NCBI GenBank assembly: GCA_951406725.2
Contig: OX597829.1
Coordinates: 48,050,001 to 48,114,000 of the forward strand
Direction of reading: 5' to 3'
DNA: 64,000 bases
From: Octopus vulgaris
Lineage: Eukaryota
In this document: one piece after another, positions 52,380-64,000 of the stretch
Layout of the letters: the number at the start of each line of letters is the position of its first letter
Position numbering within the stretch: the first letter of the stretch is position 1
Notes under the pieces: model-generated
What the model was told of the DNA's origin: nothing
Database searches by the model: none
The model's input: only the letters and a program-made list of their open reading frames with translations
Program-made: the position numbers and the translations under genes

Positions 52380-52762
52380 CATACAGTGAAGGCGCATGCT
52401 CAGTGGTTAGAGAGCCGAGCTTACAATTGTGAGGTCGTGAGTTTGATTCCAGGACCAGGCTGCGTGTTGTGTTCTTAAGCAAGACACTTAATTTCATGTC
52501 GCTCCAGTTCACTCAGCTGTAGAAATGAGTTGCGACGTCACAGGTGCCAAGCTGTATCGGCCCCTTTGCCTTTCCCTTGGATAACATTGATGGCATGGAG
52601 AGGGGAGGCTGGTATGCATGGGCGACTGCTGGTCTTCAACAAACAACCTTGCCCAGACTTGTACCTCAGAGGGCAACTTTCTAGGTGCAATCCCAAGGTC
52701 ATTCATGACCAAAGGCGGTCTTCCCCTACACTGATATAATTATCAAATGGTATTATATAGAA

Positions 52763-53145
52763 CTAGCAGTATCGCCCGGCGTTGCTCAGGTTTGTAAGGG
52801 AAATAACTATAAAGCATTTTTAGAGAGTTATAGCCAAAAAATAACAAAAAAATGGAAAAAAATTATGGTAAATTTTTTTTTTAGTTAAAAAAGGTGGAGT
52901 TGCGTCCCCTAGACAGTTTGCGGTTTGTGTTTCTGATTCTCGACCCCATGTCGAATTTATCGATTTTTTTCAGAACTGGGGGAACTTTTCAAAATTTTCG
53001 CTGCGTTAGTTTTGAATTATGACATTGGGCTATGTGTGTGTCAAGTTTCATCAGAATCGGTTGAAAGCCTTGGTCAGGGTGAGGGTACAAGCAAACAGAC
53101 ACACAGAAACACGCACAGACAAACTGCCGTTTATATAGAGAGAGA
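52763..53145 (-). mobile_element. Non-autonomous Helitron with the same 3' end and a different 5' part
   Basis: Reverse complement ends ...gagcaacgccgggcgatactgCTAG|T and starts A|TCTCTCTCTATATAAAC. Confidence 0.8.
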
Positions 53146-53963
53146 TTATATGTCGTACAGTAAGCAATGTTACATACAGTGATCTATTTTACGATTTTAT
53201 TGCTTATGATTATGGATTCTCTTATTCTTTTACTTGTTTCAGTCATTTGACTGTGGCCATGCTGGAGCACCACCTTTAGTCAAGCAAATATATCCCAGGA
53301 CTTATTCTTTGTAAGCTTAGTACTAATTCTAATGGTTTCTTTTGCTGAACCGCTAAGTTACAGAGATGTAAACACACCACCATTGGTTGTCAAGTGATGT
53401 TGGAGGGACAAACTCAAACATACAAACACACACGCATGCAAGCACACACACACACACACACACACAGCAGGCTTCTCTCAGTTTCCATCTACTAAATCCA
53501 TTCACAAGGCTTTGGTCAGCTTGAAACTATAGTAGAAGACACTTGCCCTAGGTCCCACACAGTGGGACTGAACCCAGAACCATGTAGTTGGTAAGCAAGC
53601 TATTTACCACACAGTCACTCCTGCAACTATAGACGGATATTTTACATGGTTGTGTATTATGTAATAGTAAATATGTGTGAAATAATTTGATCAATAACTG
53701 AAGTTTTTTTCCCCTGAATGCAAATGTAGGCAGAGACCTTAAGAAAATACAGAGAAATATAAAATGATAAACATCAGATATTCCTTGGTTAACACCATAA
53801 CATTCCTGCCCAAATTCACTGCTGGGCTACCATTTTTTCTCTAATCTATAACCTTAAACAAACCTGCTTTGCATGATCAGATCATTTTCATATTTTTGTA
53901 ATAAAATTTAACCTATGAATGACAAGAAACACGGAGCAGAATATCAGGAGTGCTGCTACTCAC

Positions 53964-54103
53964 CTGATGATATTTGTCAGGGGTTGAGGAAACAATTGTG
54001 GGACAAAAGGATGTGACTCCATGTTCCAGTAACTTCTTTGAAACCTTTTTCAATCCCAGCTCAACATTTTCTGTCTCAAGTGAAAAATCTATACCTTGGG
54101 CAC
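53964..54103 (-). CDS. AMDHD2: AMDHD2 (GlcNAc-6-P deacetylase) internal exon, 140 bp: (G)AQGIDFSLETENVELGLKKVSKKLLEHGVTSFCPTIVSSTPDKYHQ
   Basis: Contains the NagA motifs GxDF and HGVTSFCPT. Acceptor ttccag|GT, donor CAG|gtgagt, phase 1 to 0. Confidence 0.95.
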
Positions 54104-54157
54104 CTGGAATAGATAAAGAAATTATTTTATGCTGAAAATAAGTAAATTCTTTACATA

Positions 54158-54442
54158 TCTTTATATATAAAACTGAAGTTGTGTGTGTGAGAGTCTGTCT
54201 CCTCCGATTCAGATTCCTAACTACTCCCACATTTTGTGGTGCAGTTTAACCAAAAGCGAGTATCTTATAGTCGTGATTCATATCGAGCCCTTCTGAGTAT
54301 TGGCGCGCGTCTACGATGATAAAAAAAATTGACCATCATTTTTTCTCATTCTTTGCTCGGTTTATATAAGGGAAGTAACTCTAAAAATGCTTATATAGTT
54401 ATTTCCCTTACAAAACCGAGCAACGCCGGGCGATACTGCTAG
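54158..54442 (+). mobile_element. Non-autonomous Helitron, internally deleted relative of 35185-35795
   Basis: A|TC...ccgagcaacgccgggcgatactgCTAG|T. Confidence 0.85.
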
Positions 54443-54479
54443 TTACATATACATTTCAACATCCTTAAGGCCATAATGA

Positions 54480-54750
54480 CCTTCAATCCATCCATTTTCT
54501 TTGTCCACTATTCCTGGAAAGGTCATGGGAGGTGTACAGTTCTCAGGAACCTTCTCAATAGGGTCCAATCAGAAGTTGTCATCAATACACTTTCCAATTG
54601 AGACTACAGATATTTTCCAACCATCTCATTCTTCACCTACCCCTTGGTCTCCTGGTAGTTAGCTCAGATTGAAACTATTTTGGGATTCTTTCCTGTGGCA
54701 TTTAAATCACAAGTCTATAAGCACTGGAACTGTGACCTCTCAACATACTT
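54480..54750 (-). mobile_element. Old RTE-like C-terminal remnant (similar remnant at about 3450-3860)
   Basis: Degenerate ERSQ...RPRGR segment. Confidence 0.4.
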
Positions 54751-55531
54751 TATGCAATATGCATAAATATACACATAAATAAGTAACAATTGATTTATGG
54801 GTATCAGTTCATAACAGCTGTTTCTAACAAGTTTTTTTAATTGATCAAGGAGTACATTACATCATTACAAAACAAAAAGGTTTTCTTTAGATGAATGCAG
54901 GAGTTTTACAATCAAGGACATTTAAAAAAAATTTTAATCCATAGCAGACATTTAGTGATTCCACGACTGGCTCTTGCTGCAGAATATTAATCTGCAAGTA
55001 CTTCTGTATGGAGGGTGGTATTCATTTATAGTTGTTGTGCAGGTATTTTATTCTGATCTCACTAGGTTTCTCTTTTTCAGGTACCTTATTCAACTGAATC
55101 TTGTTATATTGTAGATTTATACATAAATATACACACCTGTATATATGCTTATGCATGCAAACATAACAGAAATACACACACACACACACGACACTGGTAT
55201 CTGAAAAGAAAAAAATTCTAGTAAAACAAATTACAAGGAAAACTAAAATTACACAAGCACTTTTTTTTTTGTAATAGGAACACAAAGGATGGTAAACTAA
55301 GAGAGATATGAGAGAAAGAAATAGAGAGAGAGAGAGAAGCAGAGAGAGAGAGAGAGAGACAGACAGACGAGCAAGACAGAAAGAGAAAAAGCAAGAAAGA
55401 GAGATGCAGGGAGAGAAAGAGAAAGGAGACAAGGAGAGACAAGAGACAGGCGAATAAACGAAACAGTGAGGCAAGAGAGAGATGGGGATGAGAAAGAGAG
55501 AGAGATGGGGCAAAGAGGCATGAGGTGGAGA

Positions 55532-55568
<37 letters not shown>

Positions 55569-55725
55569 GAGAGATGAGGGGGAGAAAGTGTGTGTTTGGG
55601 GGGTGGGGTCTAACACCAAGACGAATTCTGTATGGTTTAAGTAAACAAACCTTAGTATAACATTGCAATGGATTAATGGATTATCTTCATTTCAGGCTAT
55701 GCAAAAAAGACTACACACACACACA

Positions 55726-55764
<39 letters not shown>

Positions 55765-57859
55765 TGTATGTATGTGTGTGTGTGTGCATGGTGTTATTTA
55801 GCCCCAGGTCAGCTTTAGTAATGCATACTTCAAACAAAAAAAAAAAAAGCATTCCAGTAGTGACCATTAAATATTATTTTTATCCATTAAAATTTATTTT
55901 TAAAATAAATAAATATTATTTTGTTTTATCTAAGAACTACACTGCCTGATGTGTCCGTTTTTGTTTTAAGCCAAGAGAAAGCGATTTGAAGAAGACTTAG
56001 CTATTGTTACTAGCAAATTAAGTAACTGTACAAGGGTTCGTTTGTAGGCTCACACACATGTATGGATTATATAAAAGATACAATGAATGACTGTGTGTGT
56101 ATGTGTGTGTATGTGTGTGTGTGTGTGTGTGTACATGTTTGTGTATGCCTTTGGCAAATAAACTTTACTGAGATTTATCTCCCTTCTTTCTTCTCGCATC
56201 TCATCCTTCCTACTTTCAGCCTCCCTCCACTTTTTCTGTTTCTTTTATGACCACTTTTCTCTTATTGTTAGACATACATTTACACACGCACACACACACA
56301 CACTCGCATACACTCACATATACACTCTACAATCTGTTACTTCAGCAACCATCTCTCTTCTCTCTCATTCTAGTTTCTACGACACCCTTCTCTCGATGAT
56401 TTAAACCAACCATCCCAGCCTCCTTACATCTCATTTATTTCTCCAACACTCAGTCATTTTACCTCATCTTTCTTTCCCTCATTCTAATCTGTCTTCCTCA
56501 TCACATATCTATTTTTAATCTTTCGACCTCCCTCTATCTATCTATCCACCTGTCCATCCATCCGTACCTATACATCCATACCTATCCACCCATATATCTC
56601 TATTATTCCTTTATCCATCCATTTATCCATCTACCATTCCATCCATCCATTTATCTATCTAATTTTCATTTCCTTCTCTGTCTTTCCTTCATCTCACAAA
56701 TCTTTTTCACCTATCTTCCCCAGCTCTTTCTCATTCTTCATCTCTTTCACTTTTTCCTCCTCACCTTCATTCTCCATCTCCTTCAGATCATCATTTCTAT
56801 TAGCATGAGACAATATCCAAAAGACAAAACAAGGAATACATATATATATATATATATATCTCATCATCGTCGTTTAAAGTCCGCTTTCCATGCTAGCATG
56901 GGTTGGACAGTTCAACCGGGGTCTGGGAAGCCAGGAGGCTGCACCAGGCTCCAGTCTGATCTAGCAGTGTTTCTACAGCTGGATGTCCTTCCTAACGCTA
57001 ACCACTCCATGAGTGTAGTGGGTGCTTTTTTACATGCCACTGGCACAGGTGCCAGGTGAGGCTGGCAACGGCCACGATCAGTTGGTGCTAAATAGGAAAA
57101 AAGAATGGTTGGCTGCTTGAAATAACATCAGACAATTTCAAACAACGTAACCAGTGTTTGCAGAATTTGTATTTGAAAGAAAAAAATCATCATAGAAACT
57201 CCTCTCTTCTAATCCCAATCATTAATAATTTTTCTTTTAATATTACTAAGTACTGAGGTTGATTTGTTTGACTAAAATTCTTCACGGTTGTACCTCAGCA
57301 TGGCTGCAGTCTAATGAATGAAGCAAGCAGTAACAAAAACAATAAAACAAAACAGTAGCTAAGCATATTCTACATTATTGTCAAGTTTATCTAAACTTTT
57401 CAAAATCTAACATTTTTAAACTATAGACAATATGTTCAAGATTTAAACCTTAGTACAACCAGTCTCTAAAGTTTTTCTTTTCTTTTTTATGTGAAGCTTT
57501 TGGCTATGATGCATGATCCACTAAAAACCCTAAAAAAAATTTTTTGAAAAGGATGGCTGTGTGGTAAGAAGCTTGCTTCTCAACCACATGGTTCCAAGTT
57601 CAGTCCCACTGCATGGCACTTATGGCAAATGTCTTCTACTATAGCCTCAAGCTAACCAAAGTCTTGAGAGTGGATCTGTTACATGGGCACTGTGTGTGTG
57701 TGTGCCTGCCTGTCAGTCTGGCTCACAGTCTGCCTGTCTGTCTGTCAGTCCCGTACAACTGCTTAGCAACCAGTGTTGCTGTGTTTATGTCCCTGTATCT
57801 TAGCAGTTCAGCCAAACAGATTGATAGAATAAGTACCAGGCTTAAAAAAGTATTTCTTA

Positions 57860-58180
57860 GTGGTGCCCCAGCATGGCCACATTCCAAAGATTGAAACAAG
57901 TAAAAGATAAAAGATATACTGGGGTTGATTTGTTCAACTAAAACCCTTCAAGGTGCTGCCCCAGCATGGCCACAGTCCAATGACTGAAACAAGTAAAAGA
58001 TAAAAGATATACTGGGATTGATTTGTTCAACTAAAACCCTTCAAGGTGCTGCCCCAGCATGGCCACAGTCCAATGACTGAAACTAGTAAAAGATAAAAGA
58101 TATACTGGGATTGATTTGTTCTCAAAGCGGTGCTCCAGCATGGCCACAGTCCAATGACTGAAACCAGTGAAAGATAAAAA
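57860..58180 (+). repeat. Same 93-bp tandem array (about 3.4 units)
   Basis: catggccaca at 57872, 57965, 58058 and about 58139. Confidence 0.9.
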
Positions 58181-58729
58181 AAAAGCATGTGGATTATGAT
58201 GATGGATTAAAGGAAACTATAGAGTAGGTAACAAAATGTCAAACAGTATTTAGTAATCCTCTACATTCCGAGATCAAATCCCATCAGAACCAACTTTGCA
58301 TTTTGACCTTTCAATGGTCAATAAAAATGCAAAGCATTGAAATACTGGCTGACAGATTATTTATTGCTTCGTTCTTTAAACCTATTCTGTACCTGACAAC
58401 ATACTGGCCCACCTATGACTCACCACGGTTTACAAACAGGTTTTGTAGCACATACAAAGCAACCAGATCGTTAACCCCCACCAGTTCAATCCTGTTCAAG
58501 GACTTAGAGGAAAGAGACAATGAGCAGCCTCCTGTCGATTTATCACTGTTCAGTATACTCAGCCATACCTAATGAGTGTGCAAATGGGAATTTAATGTTG
58601 GGTTGGACTAAAATGCACACGAGTCAAACTGGACAATAAAATGAAACATTATGTAAAAGGCATAGATGATGGTGCCACACAAAAGGCACAGGTGATGGAG
58701 CCATGTGAGAAACACTGGTTCCACATCAA

Positions 58730-59250
58730 AAGCTCTGGTGATGGTGCCTCATGAAATGTACTAGTAATGGTGCCTCGTGAAAGGCACTGGTGAAAGGCAC
58801 TGGTGCCACGTGAAAAGCATTGGTGCCACGTGAAAAGCATTGGTGCCACGTGAAAAGCACTGGTGCCACGTGAAAAGCATTGGTGCCACGTGAAAGGCAC
58901 TGGTGATGGTGCTATTTGAAAGGCACTGGTGTCACATGAAAGGCACTTGTGAAGGTTCCACATGAAAGGCATTGGTGAAGGTGCCACGTGAAAGGCATTG
59001 GTGATGGTGCCACGTGAAAGGCATTGGTGAAGGTGCCACGTGAAAGGCACTGGTGATGGTGCCACGTGAAAGGCACTGGTGATGGTGCCACGTGAAAGGC
59101 ACTGGTGATGGTGCCACGTGAAAGGCACTGGTGATGGTGCCACGTGAAAGGCACTGGTGATGGTGCCACGTGAAAGGCACTGGTGATGGTGCCACGTGAA
59201 AGGCACTGGTGATGGTGCCACGTGAAAGGCACTGGTGATGGTGCCACATA
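58730..59250 (+). repeat. 20-bp then 26-bp minisatellite (gtgccacgtgaaaggcactggtgatg)n expanded inside an RTE 3' UTR
   Basis: Direct reading; the UTR and tail continue to about 59420. Confidence 0.93.
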
Positions 59251-59984
59251 GAAGGCATCCAGTACACCCTGTAAAGCAGTTGATAGCAGGAAAGGCATCC
59301 AGTTGAAAGGCATCCAAACCAAAACAGACTATGGAACCTTGTGTGGTCCCTGGCCTTCTCAGCTCCTGTGAAGCCATCTAACCCATGCCAGCATGGAAAA
59401 TGGACATAAAAATGATGGTGATCTTAACAACAAATTTGTATTCCACAAAACACAACCAAACCAAGGGTTCAGACAAACTCTATACAATGTAAACTACTGC
59501 ATGACAGGGGGGGGGCGGTGCACAGTCCACCTCGGTACACTAGGTGCTGAACTGATAGAGATCTCCAAAATACTCTATTATCTATCAATAATTAAAAGTC
59601 TACTCAAAAATTACTAAGTAAACCTACTTAACAGCCTCTATTGCAAAATCAAGACTGACAAATATAATTATTTAGATACACAAGCAACATTCCTGGTTTA
59701 AGTGGTGCACTACCAATCTGTCATAAATGTTCTTTACAGGTAGATAGCAATATTACAATAAACGTCTTCTTTTTGATTTACTTAGTATTTTGAAAAGATA
59801 AAAATTGGTTAAACCGGAGATAAAAATCTACAGTGAGGGTTAATCATTAAGTTAAATAAAAACCAGTGAAAGAAAACGATACAAGAAGATTTTTCAATAT
59901 AGTTTGCAGTGGTTAGTCTAATAACTTCAACTTAGTCATAGTAACTTTATCAAAGATACTCTGTGACACTATAAATGACACCTT

Positions 59985-60015
<31 letters not shown>

Positions 60016-60070
60016 TCAGGGTGAATACTTGATAATTGTAAGCACCTGTATATACCATTTGGTGGTAGAG

Positions 60071-60336
60071 TATATTAATCAAAATAAAAACATGATGCCA
60101 AGGATTCAGCGGTACATATTATTAGACGGATTTATAACAATGCATAATGTGTGTCTATGGCCTTCTTCAGCCAACGTAGAATCTATGATGTAATACATGT
60201 CCTTGAAGTAGTAATTGTGCACGGCTGAAGAAGGCCATAGACACACATTATGCATGGTTATAAATCCGTCTAATGAAGGCCCGAAACATATGTACCGCTG
60301 AATCCTTGGCATCATGTTTTTATTTTGATTAATATA
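60071..60336. repeat. Near-perfect inverted repeat with arms of about 100-114 bp
   Basis: tatattaatcaaaataaaaacatgatgccaaggattcagcggtacata... is mirrored at 60223-60336. Confidence 0.92.
60222..60297 (+). ncRNA. Type I hammerhead motif with long stem II, inside a palindrome
   Basis: cgg CTGAAGA a ggcc...ggcc c GAAA c-atat-g TA ccg; predicted GUA cleavage after 60294. Confidence 0.65.
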
Positions 60337-61273
60337 ACTGTAGCGATTAGCCTATTGGAGGTTATTCACTGCTGGTCACAATGCTTTCTTGCATTGATGT
60401 AACTTTCCAATGGAAATAACTTTGCAACAAGAAGACCTGTCCACCACAGTGGATTTTTGTTAATGCTCCACTCCCATCTGAAATAATGTTTCTCTTGTAA
60501 AGTGCACCCATGCTGGTGCTACATAGAGTGCCTGCACTGGTGCCACAAAGTGTGCCCATGCTGGTTCCACACAAAGAGCACCCACGCTGGGGTCACAAAG
60601 AGCACCTGCGCTGGGGCCACAAAGTGCACCTGCACTGGTGCCACAAAGTGCACCTGCACTGGTGCCACAAAGTGCACCTGTGCTGGTGCCACATAAAAAG
60701 CACCCATGTTGGTAGAATGTACAAAAGCGCCCAGTAGACTATAAAGTGGTTGATGTTAGGAAGGACATCCAGCCACAGATACCAAGCCAAATCAGACTGG
60801 AGCCTCATGCAGCTTTCCACTTCTGGGCAAACTGTCCAACCTATGCCAGCAATACAAAGTAAAGTGTTCAAGAACACAATGTACTGCTGGTCTAGGAATT
60901 GAAACCTCTATCTTGCCAGCATGAGTGCAATATCCTTACCGCAAGGCCATATGCCTTCACACCCACAAATTTTTTCATCACATTTAGATAAACACAGTAA
61001 CTATATCTTCACTAAATTAGCCCTAACATCAATAACTACTTTCACATGCTTGAAAGGAGAATTTGAGGGTTAAACAGATGCAGTGAGCGGAGTAGTTGTA
61101 GCAGCAGTATAACAGGCCTATATTCTTTTATTCTTTGAACTGTAATAATGCTATAGCACTGCCTCAGTGTTCCAGTTAATGACATTGGTTTCAAATTTTG
61201 GTACCAAGCCAGCAATTTCGCGGAGGTGGTAACTTAAACATATTGGCCCCAGTACTCAACTGGTACTTGTTTT

Positions 61274-61589
61274 ACAGTTCTATATTTAAGAGATGAGGAA
61301 TTATGTACATTATTTACATTATTTAAATTCTCCAGCCTTCATCAGGTGTCTTGGGAAAATTTTGAACCTGGGTTCTCATTCCAAAGGTATTTTTCGATAT
61401 TATTATTCACTGCTTGGAAACGAACTTGGAATCTTGGGGTTAGTAGCCTGCACTCTTAACCACTACACCATATACCTGTGGGCAATTATGGAGAGAATTT
61501 TAGGGCTTATAAATCTAATTATATGGAGTAGTGGTTAAGAGTGCAGGCTACTAACCCCAAGATTCCGAGTTTGATTCCAAGCAATGACT

Positions 61590-61625
<36 letters not shown>

Positions 61626-61742
61626 GTAACATCAGGTTCGAAATTTCCCCAAGACACCTGATGAAGGTTGGAGGGTATATCAGCCAAAATGTTGTGTTAA
61701 CAACAAACAAGATGAGGACAAATATCTATCAATGTAAATAAT
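61274..61742. mobile_element. Inverted pair of family-H SINE
   Basis: Minus copy 61274-61482 is internally deleted. Plus copy 61520-61742 has box A/B, (AAT)n and a hammerhead remnant at 61654-61697. Confidence 0.78.
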
Positions 61743-62329
61743 GGTACTTGTTTTATCAACTCTAAAAGGATGAACAGTTAAGTCAACCTCAGTGGAACTT
61801 GAACTCAGAACACGTAGACAGATGAAATGCCACAAAACATTTTGTTCAATGTGGTAGCAATCCAAACATTCTTTATCTGGTATTTATTTTATCAGTTTTA
61901 TTGATAAATGCTTAAGTTAACTTTTTATGCATAGAGACACTACCCGACATATTTTGTTTGCCTACCTGAAAGGATGAAGGGCAAAGTACTTCCAGTACAA
62001 AGGCAGATTCTTCTCTGTCTCTGGAAGAAATCTTCTGTGATCAAATCTGGAGAGGGATGGGTTCTACTAGGTTTAAAATAGACTGAATCATGCCCTGATA
62101 GCACCCTTATGACTCCATCAGGATTTGTGGACCAAATGAAGGAAAGGCATACATATGACAGGCTTCTACAGAGTTTCTATCTACCAAATTCCAGTCACAC
62201 AGGCTCTGGCCAAATCCAGACTATTCTAGAAGGAACATTTGTGTGAGATACCAGACAAGAGAATAAAACTATTGTAATTTCAAAGTGAACTTTTTAAAAA
62301 CAGCATTTCAGATATGGAAGCAAAACCTG

Positions 62330-62900
62330 GAATCGAAGGACCTTAAAGAAAAGTTATCAAAACCAAATGTTTAATAAGTAAGAAAAAAGAGAAGATCCTT
62401 ACTCCACCTTCAAGAAAATGGTCATGCTCCATTTGCAAAAACAGAATCAGTATAAATTCCATAAGGTGTGTCAAGTGAAAACAATAGACAAGAGGTGTAG
62501 TGGGACATGGAAGAGATGCAGTGCTGCAGCCAAACAGGAAAATTAGATTCCAGACATGGCAGGTGCACTGAGGCAATAAGCAGTAAAGAGTGCTCTGGAA
62601 ATGGATACTTCCAAGCACGGGAGCAGCTTCCTAGAAGTAGTTGATAGCTTTTAATTAACTAGGTAATATAATTAGCAGCAGTAGGGGAAGATTGTATAAA
62701 AGCTTGTTTGTGAAAGGCATTGCTGTGCAGTAGCAAGTCATGGATCTCAAACATGGAATACCTGCAATGACTAAAAAAGAAATGAGGCACCCATTCTTTA
62801 CACTGGATCTTCGATGCTTCATGTGCTTGAACAATGAAGCATAAATATAAGAGTAATTAAATGCAGCATACGAGAAACTGATGGTATGAGCATGCAACGA
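62330..62900 (+). mobile_element. Old RTE LINE fragment including the PHD-like region
   Basis: Degenerate KWSCSICK...NSIRCVK and LEVVDSF..LG. Confidence 0.6.
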
Positions 62901-63388
62901 AGATGAAGAATGGCAGTTGCATAAGAAAGTTCTGAATGCTTAAAGCAAATAGTACTTAAAGAAGAGACGAGGAAGATTTGGTATGAGCTATGAAAAATGT
63001 TCTCTAGACATTACATCTTATGAAAAAGAATCACAGAAGCAATAAGCAGTGCTGCAGATTTCATGCAAACTTCATGAAATATTTGTTAAAATAGTGGGGC
63101 AGTGCACAGGCACACACACCCTGCCTATTGCCCATTACATACCCTCACATCTCCCACTATCTTTTCTACCCACAATACTTGTTCAACAGCCTTTTTTGTC
63201 TCCTCATATCTCCCCATACAAAGCCAGCCATTATTGAAAGGAAAGCACCCAAATTCATCATATAGAGTATCTCCTGTCGTATTACCACCATCATCACCTT
63301 ATCTCTCTCCCTCCATGCATCATTCTGCCCACCCGTGTATAACATTTGGGTAGCACTGCATCTCCTCCTACTCAACCTATTCCAACAT

Positions 63389-63801
63389 AGGGTGGTGAGC
63401 TGGCAGTATCATTAGCACACTGGGTGAAATGCTTAGCGGTATTTCATCTGCCATTATGTTCTGAGTTCAAATTCTGCCAAGGTCAACCTACCTTTCAGGG
63501 TCGATTAAATAAGTACCAGTTACACACTGGGGTCGATATAATCGACTTAATCCATTTGTCTGTCCTTGTTTGTCCTCTCTGTGTTTAGCCCCTTGTGGGT
63601 AGTAAAGAAATAGGTATTTCATCTGCCATTATGTTCTGAGTTCAAATTCTGCCAAGGCCGACTTTGCCTTTCATCCTCTCGGGGTCAATTAAATAAGTAC
63701 CAGTTACACACTGGGGTTGATGTAATCAACTGAATCTTTTTGTCAGTCCTTGTTTGTCCCCCTCTATGTTTAGCCCCTTGTGGGCAATAAAGAAATAAAA
63801 T
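63389..63801 (+). mobile_element. SINE family A tandem dimer with a 12-bp TSD
   Basis: TSD ctattccaacat at 63377-63388 and 63802-63813. Confidence 0.85.
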
Positions 63802-64000
63802 CTATTCCAACATCCTTTTCCTTTGCTGACACTCTCACTAACCCTCAAGAACATTGCTTCTTCCTTTTCCTTACTGCTATATCCTTCACGGTGAAGACAC
63901 ATGGCTTAATGGTTAGGATGTTGGACTCATGAATGTAAAATTATGGTTTCAATTCCTAGACTAGGCAATACATTGTATTCTTGAGAAAAAATACTTCATT

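Noticed and set aside
55060-55090. Strong polypyrimidine-cag|gta site on the plus strand
   Set aside because: Antisense to AMDHD2, with no supporting exon.
58649-59377. 242-aa repetitive ORF
   Set aside because: Translation of the 26-bp minisatellite.
60362-60574. IHCGGQVFLL as a possible upstream AMDHD2 exon (DCGG.ILAPGFID)
   Set aside because: No PGFID/QING motif and no suitable splice sites.
61520-61590. tRNA genes at SINE heads (also 31135 and 52390)
   Set aside because: Box A/B are present but the acceptor stem is not closed, and each head runs into a repeat body.

Overview
Repeat-dense, AT-rich animal genomic DNA, very probably from an octopus (coleoid cephalopod). That assignment is inferred from the SINE/RTE repertoire and microsatellite load, not proven. 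One protein-coding gene is solidly supported: seven internal GT-AG exons (816 coding bp, phases all compatible) on the minus strand of AMDHD2/nagA, N-acetylglucosamine-6-phosphate deacetylase. I could not find its first or last exons in the window. The rest is intronic: RTE and CR1-type LINE fragments, several tRNA-derived SINE families, non-autonomous Helitrons, mariner/hAT/piggyBac-type MITEs, minisatellites and microsatellites. Nearly all ORFs in the supplied track are repeat artefacts. The most notable unannotated signal is a set of type I hammerhead ribozyme motifs in at least five unrelated repeat families, mostly within inverted-repeat (Penelope-like) structures. One of these families is a tRNA-headed SINE carrying a hammerhead, found three times as head-to-head inverted pairs.
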